Shown: positions 42,140 through 52,634 of the stretch, piece after piece
Numbering within the stretch: the stretch's first letter is position 1
Layout of the letters: the number at the start of each line of letters is the position of its first letter
Origin: Castellaniella sp.
GTDB taxonomy: Bacteria > Pseudomonadota > Gammaproteobacteria > Burkholderiales > Burkholderiaceae_B
DNA length: 64,000 nucleotides
Reading direction: 5' to 3'
NCBI RefSeq assembly: GCF_034674885.1
Contig: NZ_JAUCDS010000013.1
Span: forward strand, 15,334-79,333
Position numbers and translations under genes: made by a program
Notes under the pieces: generated by a model
What the model was told of the DNA's origin: nothing
The model's database searches: none
The model's input: the letters and a program-made list of their open reading frames with translations, nothing else

Positions 42140-43102
42140 TCAGGCCGCCGGCACCTGAGCGCCATACGAAGGCAGCCAGTCCTCGGCAGGCGTGCGCAGG
42201 GTCCGGCTGCCGCCTTGCAGCAGGTCGCGATTCAGGTCGATGGCATGCTTCAGGTAATCCCATAGGGCCATGACGCGCCGGGTCTGGCGCAGGTCTTCGT
42301 GGCAGTACATCCAGAAGCTGCGGGTGACGTGGATGTCGCGCGCCAGGACCGGCGCCAGGCGCGAGTCCTGCGCAGCCAGGAAACACGGCAGGATGGCCAG
42401 GGCCTGGCCGCCCAGCACGGCCTGATACTGGGCCAGCACGCTGGTGCTGCGAAACACCACGTTGGCGGCCGGCGCCAGATCATCCAGATAGCGCAGGCGG
42501 TCGCTGAACAGAAGCTCGTCCACATAGCCGATGAAGCGGTGCCGCTCCAGATCGTGACGGTGGCGGATGGGCGGCTGGCGATCCAGGTAGTCCTGCGTGC
42601 CATAGAGCTGCAAGGTGTAGTCGGCCAGCTTGGTGCACAGATAGGGGCCGCGCTGCGGGCGCTCCAGGGCGATGGCGATGTCGGCCTCGCGCTTGGACAG
42701 GCTGATGTAGCGCGGCACCGGCATGATGTCCAGGGTCATGCCTGGGTGGCGGCGCTGGAAGTCGATCATCAGGGGCGTCAGGATGGTGCTGCCGAAGCCC
42801 TCGGTCGATCCGATGCGCAGGTGGCCGGAAGGCCCCTGAGCGGATCCGGACAGGGCCTCGCGGGCGGCCAGCAGCGCGCTTTCGACTTGTTCCGCGTAGG
42901 CAAAGAATCGCTGACCTTCCTCCGTCAGGGTGAAGCCGCTGGCGCGGGATTTCTCAAACAGGGTGATGCCCAGGTCCAGTTCCAGGCCCCGGATGCGCCG
43001 TGTCACGGTGCTGTGCTGCACACCCAGGCGCAGTGCGGCTGCGCTGGCCCGCTGCGTGCGGGCGACTTCCAGAAAATAGCGAATCGCGTCCCAGTCCGTC
43101 AT
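42140..43102 (-). CDS. LysR-family regulator (MmsR/BauR-like)
   Basis: MTDWDAIRYFLEVAR..ASAAALRLGVQHSTVTRRI; divergent from mmsA. Confidence 0.9.
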   Translation of the reverse strand: MTDWDAIRYFLEVARTQRASAAALRLGVQHSTVTRRIRGLELDLGITLFEKSRASGFTLTEEGQRFFAYAEQVESALLAAREALSGSAQGPSGHLRIGSTEGFGSTILTPLMIDFQRRHPGMTLDIMPVPRYISLSKREADIAIALERPQRGPYLCTKLADYTLQLYGTQDYLDRQPPIRHRHDLERHRFIGYVDELLFSDRLRYLDDLAPAANVVFRSTSVLAQYQAVLGGQALAILPCFLAAQDSRLAPVLARDIHVTRSFWMYCHEDLRQTRRVMALWDYLKHAIDLNRDLLQGGSRTLRTPAEDWLPSYGAQVPAA

Positions 43103-43106
43103 GGCT

Positions 43107-43138
43107 TGTGCAAATATCGTCAACCAATGTGCAAATAT
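43107..43138. promoter_or_regulatory. Tandem 11-bp direct repeat, probable LysR binding sites
   Basis: TGTGCAAATAT at 43107-43117 and 43128-43138 (21-bp period). Confidence 0.55.
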
Positions 43139-43281
43139 TTTCATGGTAATAAGTTTTTTACACAACTACACTGGGACATGACATGAGGCGCCGCGCCACG
43201 AGTGTCCTGTACGGGTTGACCGGGCAGGACTCCGGGCAGCCCGCCCTGCGGAATCCAACCGATTTCAACCAGGAGACTTGC

Positions 43282-44775
43282 ATGAGCGATATTCCACGTG
43301 TCCCGCTACTGATCGACGGGAAACTGGTCCAGTCCGAAACTACCGAATGGCGCGACATCATCAATCCGGCGACCCAGGAAGTGGTGGCGCGGGTGCCGTT
43401 CGCCACGCCGGCCGAGGTCGAGCGGGCCATTGCCAATTCCAAGGAAGCCTTCAAGACCTGGCGTTCCGTCAGCCAGGCCAAACGCCGCCAGATCATGAAC
43501 GACCTGGCACACCTGCTGCGTGAAAACACCGGCAAGATCGCCGAAGTCCTGTCCCGCGAACACGGCAAGACCCTGCCCGATGCCGAGGGCGAAGTCGCGC
43601 GCGGCCTGGAAGGCGTGGAACACGCCGTGTCGGCCAATGTGCTGCAACTGGGCGATTACGCCGAAAATGCCGCCACCGGCATCGACGTCTACAACGTGCT
43701 GCAGCCGCTGGGCGTCTGCGCCGGGATCACGGCCTTCAACTTCCCCGTGATGCTGCCCTGCTGGATGTTCCCGATTGCCGTCACCATGGGCAATACCTTC
43801 GTCTACAAGCCGTCAGAACAGGACCCGAGCGCGTCGCTGATGGTGGCGCAACTGGCCCTGGAAGCCGGCCTGCCGCCGGGGGTCCTGAACGTCGTGCACG
43901 GCGGCCCGGACGTGGCCAATACCCTGTGCGATCACCCGGACATCAAGGCCGTGTCGTTCATCGGTTCGACGCGCGTGGGTACGGAAATCTATCGCCGCTC
44001 GTCCAACGCCGGCAAGCGCTGCCAGGCCATGATGGGGGCCAAGAACCACAGCGTCATCATGCCGGACGCCGACCGCGAGGCCGCCCTGAATTCCATGCTG
44101 GGGGCCGCCTTCGGCGCGGCCGGCGAACGCTGCATGGCGATTTCGGTGCTGGTGCTGGTCGGCGAGGCGCAGAAATGGCTGCCGGACTTCGTCGAGCGGG
44201 CCAAGAAACTGAAGGTCAATATCGGCACCGACCGCAAGGCAGACCTGGGCCCCCTGATTTCGCCAGCGGCCAAGAAACGCGTCGAAGGCTTCATCCAGAA
44301 GGGTGTGGACGAAGGCGCCGATCTGGTGCTCGATGGGCGCGGGATCAAGGTCCCTGGCTACGAGCAGGGCAATTTCGTCGGCCCTACCGTGTTCAGCAAG
44401 GTCAAGGCCGACATGAGCATCTACCAGGAAGAAATCTTCGGGCCGGTGCTGTCCGTGGTGCTGGTCGATACTCTGGAAGAAGCCGTCGAATTCATCAACG
44501 CCAATCCCAATGGCAATGGCACGTCGATTTTCACCCAGGATGGCGGGCATGCTCGCTACTTCCAGAATCACGTCGACGTCGGCCAGGTGGGGATCAACAT
44601 CCCCATCCCGGTGCCGGTGGCCTGGTTCAGCTTCACGGGGTCGCGGGCGTCGAAACTGGGCGACCTGGGTCCCAATGGCCGCCAGTCCATCTACTTCTGG
44701 ACGCAGACCAAGACCATCACGGCTCGCTGGCAGGCGCATCCCACGGACGTGAACACGACCATCGCCATGAGGTAA
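43282..44775 (+). CDS. mmsA: CoA-acylating (methyl)malonate-semialdehyde dehydrogenase
   Basis: ITAFNFP, KPSEQ, SFIGS, MGAKNH, AGERCMA, EEIFGPV, GQVGINIPIPVP; AGGAG RBS. Confidence 0.92.
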   Translation: MSDIPRVPLLIDGKLVQSETTEWRDIINPATQEVVARVPFATPAEVERAIANSKEAFKTWRSVSQAKRRQIMNDLAHLLRENTGKIAEVLSREHGKTLPDAEGEVARGLEGVEHAVSANVLQLGDYAENAATGIDVYNVLQPLGVCAGITAFNFPVMLPCWMFPIAVTMGNTFVYKPSEQDPSASLMVAQLALEAGLPPGVLNVVHGGPDVANTLCDHPDIKAVSFIGSTRVGTEIYRRSSNAGKRCQAMMGAKNHSVIMPDADREAALNSMLGAAFGAAGERCMAISVLVLVGEAQKWLPDFVERAKKLKVNIGTDRKADLGPLISPAAKKRVEGFIQKGVDEGADLVLDGRGIKVPGYEQGNFVGPTVFSKVKADMSIYQEEIFGPVLSVVLVDTLEEAVEFINANPNGNGTSIFTQDGGHARYFQNHVDVGQVGINIPIPVPVAWFSFTGSRASKLGDLGPNGRQSIYFWTQTKTITARWQAHPTDVNTTIAMR

Positions 44776-44938
44776 CGCGTCGGCTGTTGCAGGCGTGATG
44801 CACAGGGCGTCGGCAGGGTCTCAGAACCTTTCCGGCGCCCTGTGGCATGTCCATCCGACGAACTAAACAAATAACAAAAAATAATATAAAAGGCGTTCCA
44901 TATTCCATATAATGGCTGTTCCTATAGGGCCATGGCAT

Positions 44939-45901
44939 ATGAATCTCCAGCAATTCCGTTTCGTCCGCGAAACCATCCGCCGCAACTTCAATCTGACCGA
45001 AGCCGCCCGGGCCCTGTATACCTCGCAACCCGGGGTGTCGAAAGCCATCATCGAATTCGAGGACGAGCTGGGCATCAAGATCTTCGAGCGCCACGGCAAA
45101 CGCCTGAAGGGCCTGACCAAGCCGGGGCAGGCCGTGTCCACCGTCATCGACCGCATCATGCGCGAAGTGGACAACCTGAAAAAGGTCAGCGATGAATTCG
45201 CCCAGCGCGACGAAGGCGCCCTGGTCATCGCCTGCACCCACACACAGGCCCGCTACCTGCTGCCGCGCGTGATCCCGGCCTTCCGGGCGCGCTTTCCGAA
45301 AGTGCACGTTTCGCTGGCCGAGGGCAATCCCGAACACCTGGCCCGCCTGGTGCTGCACGAACAGGCCGATCTGGCCATCGCCACCGAAACCCTGGCAGAT
45401 ACACCGGGCCTGGTGGCCTTGCCGGTCTATGCCTGGGAACACACGCTGGTGGTGCCGCCCGATCATCCCCTGACCAGCCTGACGTCCAGCGCCGCCCGTA
45501 ACCTGTCGCTGGAGCATCTGGCCCAATACCCCATCGTCACGTACGATCGGGCTTTCTCGGGGCGTCGGGCCATCGACGCCGCCTTCGAGCAGGCGGGCAT
45601 CACGCCCGACATCGTGCTGGAGGCCATCGACGCGGACGTGGTCAAGACCTATGCCGACATCGGCCTGGGCATCGGCATCATCGCAGGCGTGGCCTTCGAC
45701 CCGCGTCGCGACAAAGGCCTGGTGGGGCTGCCGGCCGGTCATCTGTTCGGCAAGCACACCACCAGCGTCGCCATCAAACGCGGCGTCTTCCTGCGGGATT
45801 ATGTGTACGTGCTGATGGAAATGCTGGCGCCCGAACTGACGCGCGACCGGGTGTCCGAGGCCGTTTCCCAGCCGACGCCGGCGGTGCGCGAAGTCGCCTG
45901 A
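44939..45901 (+). CDS. cysB: CysB/Cbl-family LysR regulator
   Basis: MNLQQFRF, YTSQPGVSK, THTQARY, DADVVKTY; TATAAT at 44908-44913. Confidence 0.9.
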   Translation: MNLQQFRFVRETIRRNFNLTEAARALYTSQPGVSKAIIEFEDELGIKIFERHGKRLKGLTKPGQAVSTVIDRIMREVDNLKKVSDEFAQRDEGALVIACTHTQARYLLPRVIPAFRARFPKVHVSLAEGNPEHLARLVLHEQADLAIATETLADTPGLVALPVYAWEHTLVVPPDHPLTSLTSSAARNLSLEHLAQYPIVTYDRAFSGRRAIDAAFEQAGITPDIVLEAIDADVVKTYADIGLGIGIIAGVAFDPRRDKGLVGLPAGHLFGKHTTSVAIKRGVFLRDYVYVLMEMLAPELTRDRVSEAVSQPTPAVREVA

Positions 45902-45912
45902 TCCCCTGGGCG

Positions 45913-46643
45913 CTACACGCCCAGATAGGCCCGTCTCAGTTCGGGGTCCTCGATCAGTTGGCCGGCCGGGCCTTCCTGCACGATATGGCCGGTTTCCAGC
46001 ACGTAGGCGCGGTCCGCCGCCGCCAGGGCCAAGTGGATATCCTGTTCGACCAGCAGCACCGTGACCCCCTGGTCGCGGATGGTCGCCAGGCTCTCCATCA
46101 GCTGATCGACGATGATGGGCGCCAGGCCCAGGCTCATTTCATCCACCAGCAATAGGCGCGGGCGCGCCATCAGTGCGCGTGCCATGGCGCACATCTGCTG
46201 TTCGCCGCCCGACATGCTGCCGGCCAGCTGGCGGCGGCGTTCGGCCATGCGCGGGAACTGGGCGTACACCTGTTCCAGATCGGTGCGGATGGCGGCTGTG
46301 TCCGCGCGCCGGTAGGCGCCCATCAGAAGATTGTCCTGCACCGACATGCGGGGAAAGAGCTGGCGGCCCTCGGGAACCTGGACGATCCCCTGGCGGAAGA
46401 TCTGGTCGGGCGTGTGGCCCTGGATGTCGGCGCCAGCCCACGTGATGCGGCCTGATTGGCTGGGCAGCAGGCCGGACAGAACCCGCAGCAAGGTGGTCTT
46501 GCCCGCGCCATTGCTGCCGACCAGGGCCAGAAATTCGGCTTCGCGCACTTCCAGGGTGATGTCGTGCAGCACCTGCACCAGGCCGTAGCCGGCCGACAAG
46601 CCCTGGACCTGCAGCAGCGGCGTATGTGTCGAAGGCGTGGAGC

Positions 46644-46647
<4 letters not shown>
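45913..46647 (-). CDS. livF: ABC ATP-binding protein (LivF-like)
   Basis: GSNGAGKTT, MSGGEQQM, LVDEMSLGLAP. Confidence 0.9.
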
Positions 46648-47374
<727 letters not shown>

Positions 47375-47378
<4 letters not shown>

Positions 47379-48322
47379 ATGCGGTTCGTCCGGATGTTGT
47401 CGATGAAATAACGCCAGCCCAGGCGGTGGAAACGCCGTACCACGTCGGCCAGGCCGCGTGGCATCAACACCACGGCGACGACGATGACGATGCCGAAGAA
47501 CAGGCCGGCAATGCTGGTGACCTCGCTGGACAGCAGTTCGGAGATGGCCGACAGGATGAAGGAACCGACGATCGGTCCCAGGATCGTGCCGGGGCCGCCG
47601 AACACCGCCATGATGATCATCTTGACGTTCAGGGTGATGTCGAATGCGCTGCCCGGGTCCAGGAAGGTGATCCAGTAAGCCTGGATGCCGCCGGCCAGTG
47701 CGCTGAACACGCCGGCCAGGGCGAAGGCCAGGACCTTGTAGCGGGTCGTGTCCACCCCCATGACGACGGCGCCTTCCTCGTTTTCGCGGATGGCGATCAG
47801 GCCGAAGCCAAAGCGGCTGCGGGTCAGCCACCAGACGGTCAGGGTCGCAGCCACCAGCAGGATGAGCGCCAGTTCGTAGAACATCCGGTCGTCGTTCAGC
47901 GGTGGCAGCACCAGACCGATGTTCTGCCCCGCCAGCGGCACGTTGGAGACGATGGCCGCCATGATCTGCGCCAGGGCCAGGGTCGCGATGGCGAAATAGT
48001 GGCCCTTCAGGCGCAGTACCGGAATGCCCAGCAGGAAGGCGAAGATCACGGCCAGCACGACGCCAAAGGCCATGCCCACGGCGAAGGGCAGTTGCCACTG
48101 AACCATGGCGATGCCCACGCCATAGGCGCCCAGGCCATAGAACACGGAATTGCCGAAGGACGGGTAGCCGGTATAGCCGCCGATGATGTTCCAGCCCTGC
48201 GCCAGCACGGCCAGCAGCAGGGTGCTGATGCCGAACTGGATGATGGTGTCGGATCCGTACCAGGGCAGCAGGGCCAGCGCGACCAGCGCTGCAGCGATCA
48301 GGATGGGGCGCCAGATGTTCAT
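47375..48322 (-). CDS. livM: ABC permease (LivM-like)
   Basis: WNIIGGYTGY.SFG, GHYFAIATLA, AIRENEE, VFGGPG. Confidence 0.88.
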
Positions 48323-49182
48323 GCGGTTCTCCCCAGCAGGCCGGTGGGCCGCACGATCAGCACCAGGAGCAGCACGCCGAAGCTGGCGACGTCAGCGTAG
48401 GTGGGGCCGATGTACAGCGTGGTCAGGGATTCGATCAGTCCCAGGATCAGGCCGCCTGCGATCACGCCCAGCGGCGTGTCCAGGCCGCCGATGATGGCGA
48501 TGGCGAAGGATTTGGCCGTCAGGGTGGCGCCGATGTAGGGGTTGATCTGCGAGACGGTGCCGTACAGGCCGCCGGCCGCGCCAGCCAGTGCCAGGCCCAG
48601 GCCGAAGGTGACGGCGTACAGGTGGCGCGGTTCGACGCCGTACAGCCGGGCCGCCGACAGGTTCTGAGCCGTGGCCCGGATGGCCCGGCCCAGGCGGGTC
48701 CGCAGCAGAAAATACCACATGATCAGCGTCAGGGCGATGGCCACGCTGCAGGCGGCCAGCCGCACCAGCGGGATCGTCAGCCCCAGCAGGGTGATGTTCT
48801 GCCCGGAATAGGCGGGATTGATGGTGCGGAAATCGGCCGAGAACACCAGCTGGGCGAGGTAGGTCAGCACGACCTCCATCCCGAAGGTGATCAGCAGTGT
48901 GTTGAACATGGGCGCGCGCACGATCAGGTTCAGGATGCCGCGCTGGATGGCGTAGCCCACGACGAACATCAGGACTGCCGTCAGCGGCAGCCCCAGGAAG
49001 GGGTCCAGGTGCAGCCATTGAAAGCTGTACCAGGAGATGTAGGCGCCCAGCATGATGAAGGCGCCATGCGAGAGATTGACGATATTGAGCACCCCCCAGA
49101 CCAGGGCCAGGCCGAGCGCCACGATGGCGTACAGCCCGCCCTGCAGGATGCCGTTGATGAGGACTTGCAGCAGAAGGTCCAA
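48319..49182 (-). CDS. livH: ABC permease (LivH-like)
   Basis: NGILQGGLYA, VNLSHG, AIRATAQN, IIGGL; TTG start. Confidence 0.88.
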   Translation of the reverse strand: MDLLLQVLINGILQGGLYAIVALGLALVWGVLNIVNLSHGAFIMLGAYISWYSFQWLHLDPFLGLPLTAVLMFVVGYAIQRGILNLIVRAPMFNTLLITFGMEVVLTYLAQLVFSADFRTINPAYSGQNITLLGLTIPLVRLAACSVAIALTLIMWYFLLRTRLGRAIRATAQNLSAARLYGVEPRHLYAVTFGLGLALAGAAGGLYGTVSQINPYIGATLTAKSFAIAIIGGLDTPLGVIAGGLILGLIESLTTLYIGPTYADVASFGVLLLVLIVRPTGLLGRTA

Positions 49183-49209
49183 GGCGGTGTCTCCGGGGGG
49201 CGGGGCGGA

Positions 49210-50427
49210 TCAGCGCTTCGACCAGTCGGGCATCGGGTATTTCGGCTGGGTCATGAATTTGTCCCCGTCGAATACGGCCACCGGCTTGCCGTTCTGCACT
49301 TGAATCACGGTCTGGTCCAGATGGATCTGGCCGTTGTCGGCGAACTTGATGTGGCCATACAGGCTATTGAAGTCACTGGCGGCGAGCGCGTTGCGGACAG
49401 CCTTCGGCTCCAGCGTGCCGGCTTTTTCGATGGCCTTGACGATGGCTTCCACGTCGGAGACGCCCGATGCCGCGTGATAGTCCGGTTCGTAGCGGTACTG
49501 CGCGCCCCAGGCCTTGGCGAACTGGGCGGCGTCGCCGAACCAGTCATCCTTCAGGGCCTCGCTGGGCAGCCAGGCCGTCATGCCGAAGGCGTAGTCAGCG
49601 TCATTGCCCAGAGCCTTGCGGAAGTCCTCGCTGGGCACGCCCACGGTGAAGGAATAGAACTTCGGCGAGACGTCCAGGCTTTTCGCCTGGCGGATGAAGT
49701 TCAGGATTTCCGTTTCGTGGCCAGCAACCAGCACGGCATCCGCCTGCTTGGACTTGATCTGCGACAGCAGGGTGTTGAAGTCGCTGGCGTTGGAACTGTA
49801 GCGCTCGTCCAGCACGGTATCGGCGCCGGCGTCCTTCAGCAGCGGCCGGGTGCCCTTGGCCACGGACACGTCGAAGGAATCGTCCGCGTACAGCAGGGCG
49901 ACCTTGGAGGGTTCAGGCTTCAGTTGCTTGAACATCTTGATCGTGCTGCCGAAATAGTCGCTGGCCGGCGCCAGGGTGCCGAAGACGTACTTGAAGCCGC
50001 GCGAGAAGATCTGGTCCGAGGCGCCGCCGCCCTGGACCATGGGAATCTGGTATTTTTCCGAGACCGCCGAATCGGCCAGGGCGAAATTGCTGGCGAACGG
50101 TCCCAACAGGAAGTTGACCTTGTCCTGAGACACCAGTTGCGTGTATTGGCGCACGCTCAGGTTGACGTCGGACTGGTTGTCGTAGATCTTCAGGGCCAGG
50201 GTGTATTTTTTCCCACCGATCGTGACACCACCTTTGCGGTTGATCTGGTCGACCGCCAGCTTGTAGGCGTCGTTGTAATAGCGGCCGGTGTTGGCCACCG
50301 GCCCCGTCAGCTGGACGGATGCGCCCAGCAGAATCTGGTTGTCCGCCGCCTGACTGGCTCCGCTGGCCAGCGCCAGGGCCAGCGCGACGGCCGCGCAGGG
50401 CAGGCTATGCCGAAATAAGGTATGCAT
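49210..50427 (-). CDS. Periplasmic binding protein of the second Liv-type ABC system
   Basis: Signal peptide, [27 protein letters not shown]; substrate unknown. Confidence 0.88.
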   Translation of the reverse strand: MHTLFRHSLPCAAVALALALASGASQAADNQILLGASVQLTGPVANTGRYYNDAYKLAVDQINRKGGVTIGGKKYTLALKIYDNQSDVNLSVRQYTQLVSQDKVNFLLGPFASNFALADSAVSEKYQIPMVQGGGASDQIFSRGFKYVFGTLAPASDYFGSTIKMFKQLKPEPSKVALLYADDSFDVSVAKGTRPLLKDAGADTVLDERYSSNASDFNTLLSQIKSKQADAVLVAGHETEILNFIRQAKSLDVSPKFYSFTVGVPSEDFRKALGNDADYAFGMTAWLPSEALKDDWFGDAAQFAKAWGAQYRYEPDYHAASGVSDVEAIVKAIEKAGTLEPKAVRNALAASDFNSLYGHIKFADNGQIHLDQTVIQVQNGKPVAVFDGDKFMTQPKYPMPDWSKR

Positions 50428-50606
50428 GGAACGTGTCTCCTAAGGGTTGCTTTGCGTTCCATTCTGCGCTTTGTAACGTAACAAACCTCTGAATATTCTC
50501 TGACGGTCTACTGAAAATCACCGCAACGTGTCCGCAAATAGGAGGTAATCCTCCGGGGTGTCCACGGCAGCGGTGGGGAGTAGGTCACGTGAGAATTGCG
50601 TTCTTG

Positions 50607-50625
50607 AATAAGAATGATTATTATT
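50607..50625 (+). promoter_or_regulatory. Putative Fur box
   Basis: AATAAGAATGATTATTATT matches GATAATGATAATCATTATC at 13/19 positions. Confidence 0.55.
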
Positions 50626-50679
50626 TATGTTCAATTAAGGAAGCCGATTTCTTCCCGTTCCATTCCAGGAGCCACTTTC

Positions 50680-51027
50680 ATGGCGCAGTCTCAAGTCAGT
50701 GCATTGATCGTCGGCGCAGACCGGCTGGGCAACATTCCGGACCTGCTGCGCGATCACAATATCGCCGTTCGGCATCACATCAGCGGCCGGGACCCGTCCC
50801 ATCAGAAGAAAGCGCCGGCCTTGCCGTCCGGCACGGACCTGGTGATCCTGCTGACGGATTTCCTGGGACACAACGTCATGAAGACATTCCGGGCGGCTGC
50901 GCAGCGGGCTGGGGTACGCGTGTTGACCTGCAGGCGGTCGGTATGCAGCATGCAGCGGGCGCTCGATCAGTGTGGCTATTGCAAGGCCTGCCCTTTGCGG
51001 GCGGATGCCGGTGCGCGCCTGCACTGA
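50680..51027 (+). CDS. DUF2325-family protein
   Basis: LIVGADRLGNI, LP..DL...LTDFLGHN, C.RS; AGGAG RBS; C-terminal CGYCKAC. Confidence 0.8.
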   Translation: MAQSQVSALIVGADRLGNIPDLLRDHNIAVRHHISGRDPSHQKKAPALPSGTDLVILLTDFLGHNVMKTFRAAAQRAGVRVLTCRRSVCSMQRALDQCGYCKACPLRADAGARLH

Positions 51028-51076
51028 GCCTGCGAAACTGCAGTCCCGGGCCTGGCATGCGGCTGCGGTGCGAGGG

Positions 51077-51736
51077 TCAGCGTTGTGCGGTTTCGGCCTG
51101 GGGTTTCAGGCGGCGGGCGCCGTTGTAGCGCTTTCGCCAGTAGGCGATGTCCATGCTTTCGACGCGGATGGCGGCGCCGGTGCGCGGCGCATGCACGAAC
51201 TGGTGGTTGCCCAGGTAGATGCCGACGTGTGAGAAACGTCGGCCCCGCGTATTGAAGAACACCAGGTCGCCACGGCGCAGTTCGTCACGGTCGATCGAGA
51301 TGCCTTCCTGGGCCTGGCTGCTGGCGGTGCGCGGCAGTTTCAATCCCAGGGATTTTTCTGCCGCATAGGCCACCAGACCGCTGCAATCGAAGCCTTCGCC
51401 GGGCGCATCCCCGCCGTAGCGGTATTTGACCCCCAGGAATTTCAGGGCAGTGGCCGCCATGGTCTTGGGGAGCTGGCTGGAGGGGACATCGGACTGGGGA
51501 TAATCGACAGCGAGCTGGTCTTTTTTGTCCAGCCAGGCGCCCAGGGGGTCGGACTGGGTGCTGAGCAGGTAGCTGTCGCGCAGCAGGTGATTGGAGTTTG
51601 CATCTGCCGTCTGGCGGGGCTGGGTGGCGCACCCGGCCAGGGCCACTGCGCCGGCGCACAGCATCAGCTTGAAGAGGCGCGCCACAAATGGCGTGGGCTG
51701 AATGACATGGACTTGAGCGGAATGTGGCGGCGGCAT
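51077..51736 (-). CDS. NlpC/P60 peptidoglycan endopeptidase lipoprotein
   Basis: Lipobox LAGC, YRYGG, GFDCSG, LPRT, GDLVFF, SHVGIY, HAP. Confidence 0.9.
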   Translation of the reverse strand: MPPPHSAQVHVIQPTPFVARLFKLMLCAGAVALAGCATQPRQTADANSNHLLRDSYLLSTQSDPLGAWLDKKDQLAVDYPQSDVPSSQLPKTMAATALKFLGVKYRYGGDAPGEGFDCSGLVAYAAEKSLGLKLPRTASSQAQEGISIDRDELRRGDLVFFNTRGRRFSHVGIYLGNHQFVHAPRTGAAIRVESMDIAYWRKRYNGARRLKPQAETAQR

Positions 51737-51902
51737 GGGTTCTTGAGTTCTGTCTTCGGCGTGCGGCCTGGGAAGGCCAGTGAACGCCTGGAGGTTGAAA
51801 AAAATTGCCCACCCTGCAGGGCAACCGTCCGATTCTAAATGATCATGTGGATGAGGTAAAGCTGTGCATGTGACCAGTCTGTGTTTCTGCCCAGTGCCCG
51901 GT

Positions 51903-52634
51903 TCAGTCTGCCGGATCCAGCTGCGCATCCAGCCAGCCTCGCAGGGCGTTGGAGATTCTCAGGGCGGGCGCGGCGCGCAGATCGGCCAGGCTCAGGGCCG
52001 CTTCGTGAGCCAGGCCCTGATCCAGCAGCCATTGGCGCTGGACACCGGGCAGCAGGCTGCCGGTTGCAGTCGGGGTCAGCCAGCGGCCTTGCGGATCGCG
52101 GAGGTAGAGGTTGCAGCGGCTGCCTTCGCGCAATCCGTCCGTGGCATCGTCGAACACCAGATCGAAATGATCCGGGTGGGCCCGCAGCCAATCCTGGGCG
52201 GCGGCGAACCAGGGGCGGCGGGTGGTCTTGTGTCGTCGCCAGAAGTCGTCTGGGAAGCGGGCATCGGTTGGCGGCAGGTCACGGTGTCCGGCAGCGGTGT
52301 CTGCAGTCACGTCGTCCAGGACGTCCGACGCAATTGCCAGCCGGACCGGGGCGGGGGTATCCGGCAACAGCGCCGCTTCCAGTGAGAGCAGTCCGTCTGA
52401 CGTCAGCAGCAGGCGCAGGCGCCATACGGCTCCAGGGAGGCCGGCCGATCCGGGTGTCGAAGCTGCGGCGTGCAGGCTGGCCGACACCCGGGCGTCAAGC
52501 GCGGCAGGGTCCAGGGGGTAGCCCAGCGCGGCGGCCGAGGCCAGCAGCCGCGCCCGGTGGCCGGGCCACAGGGCAATCCGGCCCTGCTCCAGGCGCATGG
52601 TTTCAATCAGGGCGGGGGCGGGTGTCGTCGTCAT
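51903..52634 (-). CDS. pabC: Class IV aminotransferase / 4-amino-4-deoxychorismate lyase-like
   Basis: LIETMR, HRARL, HKTT, EGSRCN, LLPGVQR, NALRG. Confidence 0.75.
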   Translation of the reverse strand: MTTTPAPALIETMRLEQGRIALWPGHRARLLASAAALGYPLDPAALDARVSASLHAAASTPGSAGLPGAVWRLRLLLTSDGLLSLEAALLPDTPAPVRLAIASDVLDDVTADTAAGHRDLPPTDARFPDDFWRRHKTTRRPWFAAAQDWLRAHPDHFDLVFDDATDGLREGSRCNLYLRDPQGRWLTPTATGSLLPGVQRQWLLDQGLAHEAALSLADLRAAPALRISNALRGWLDAQLDPAD

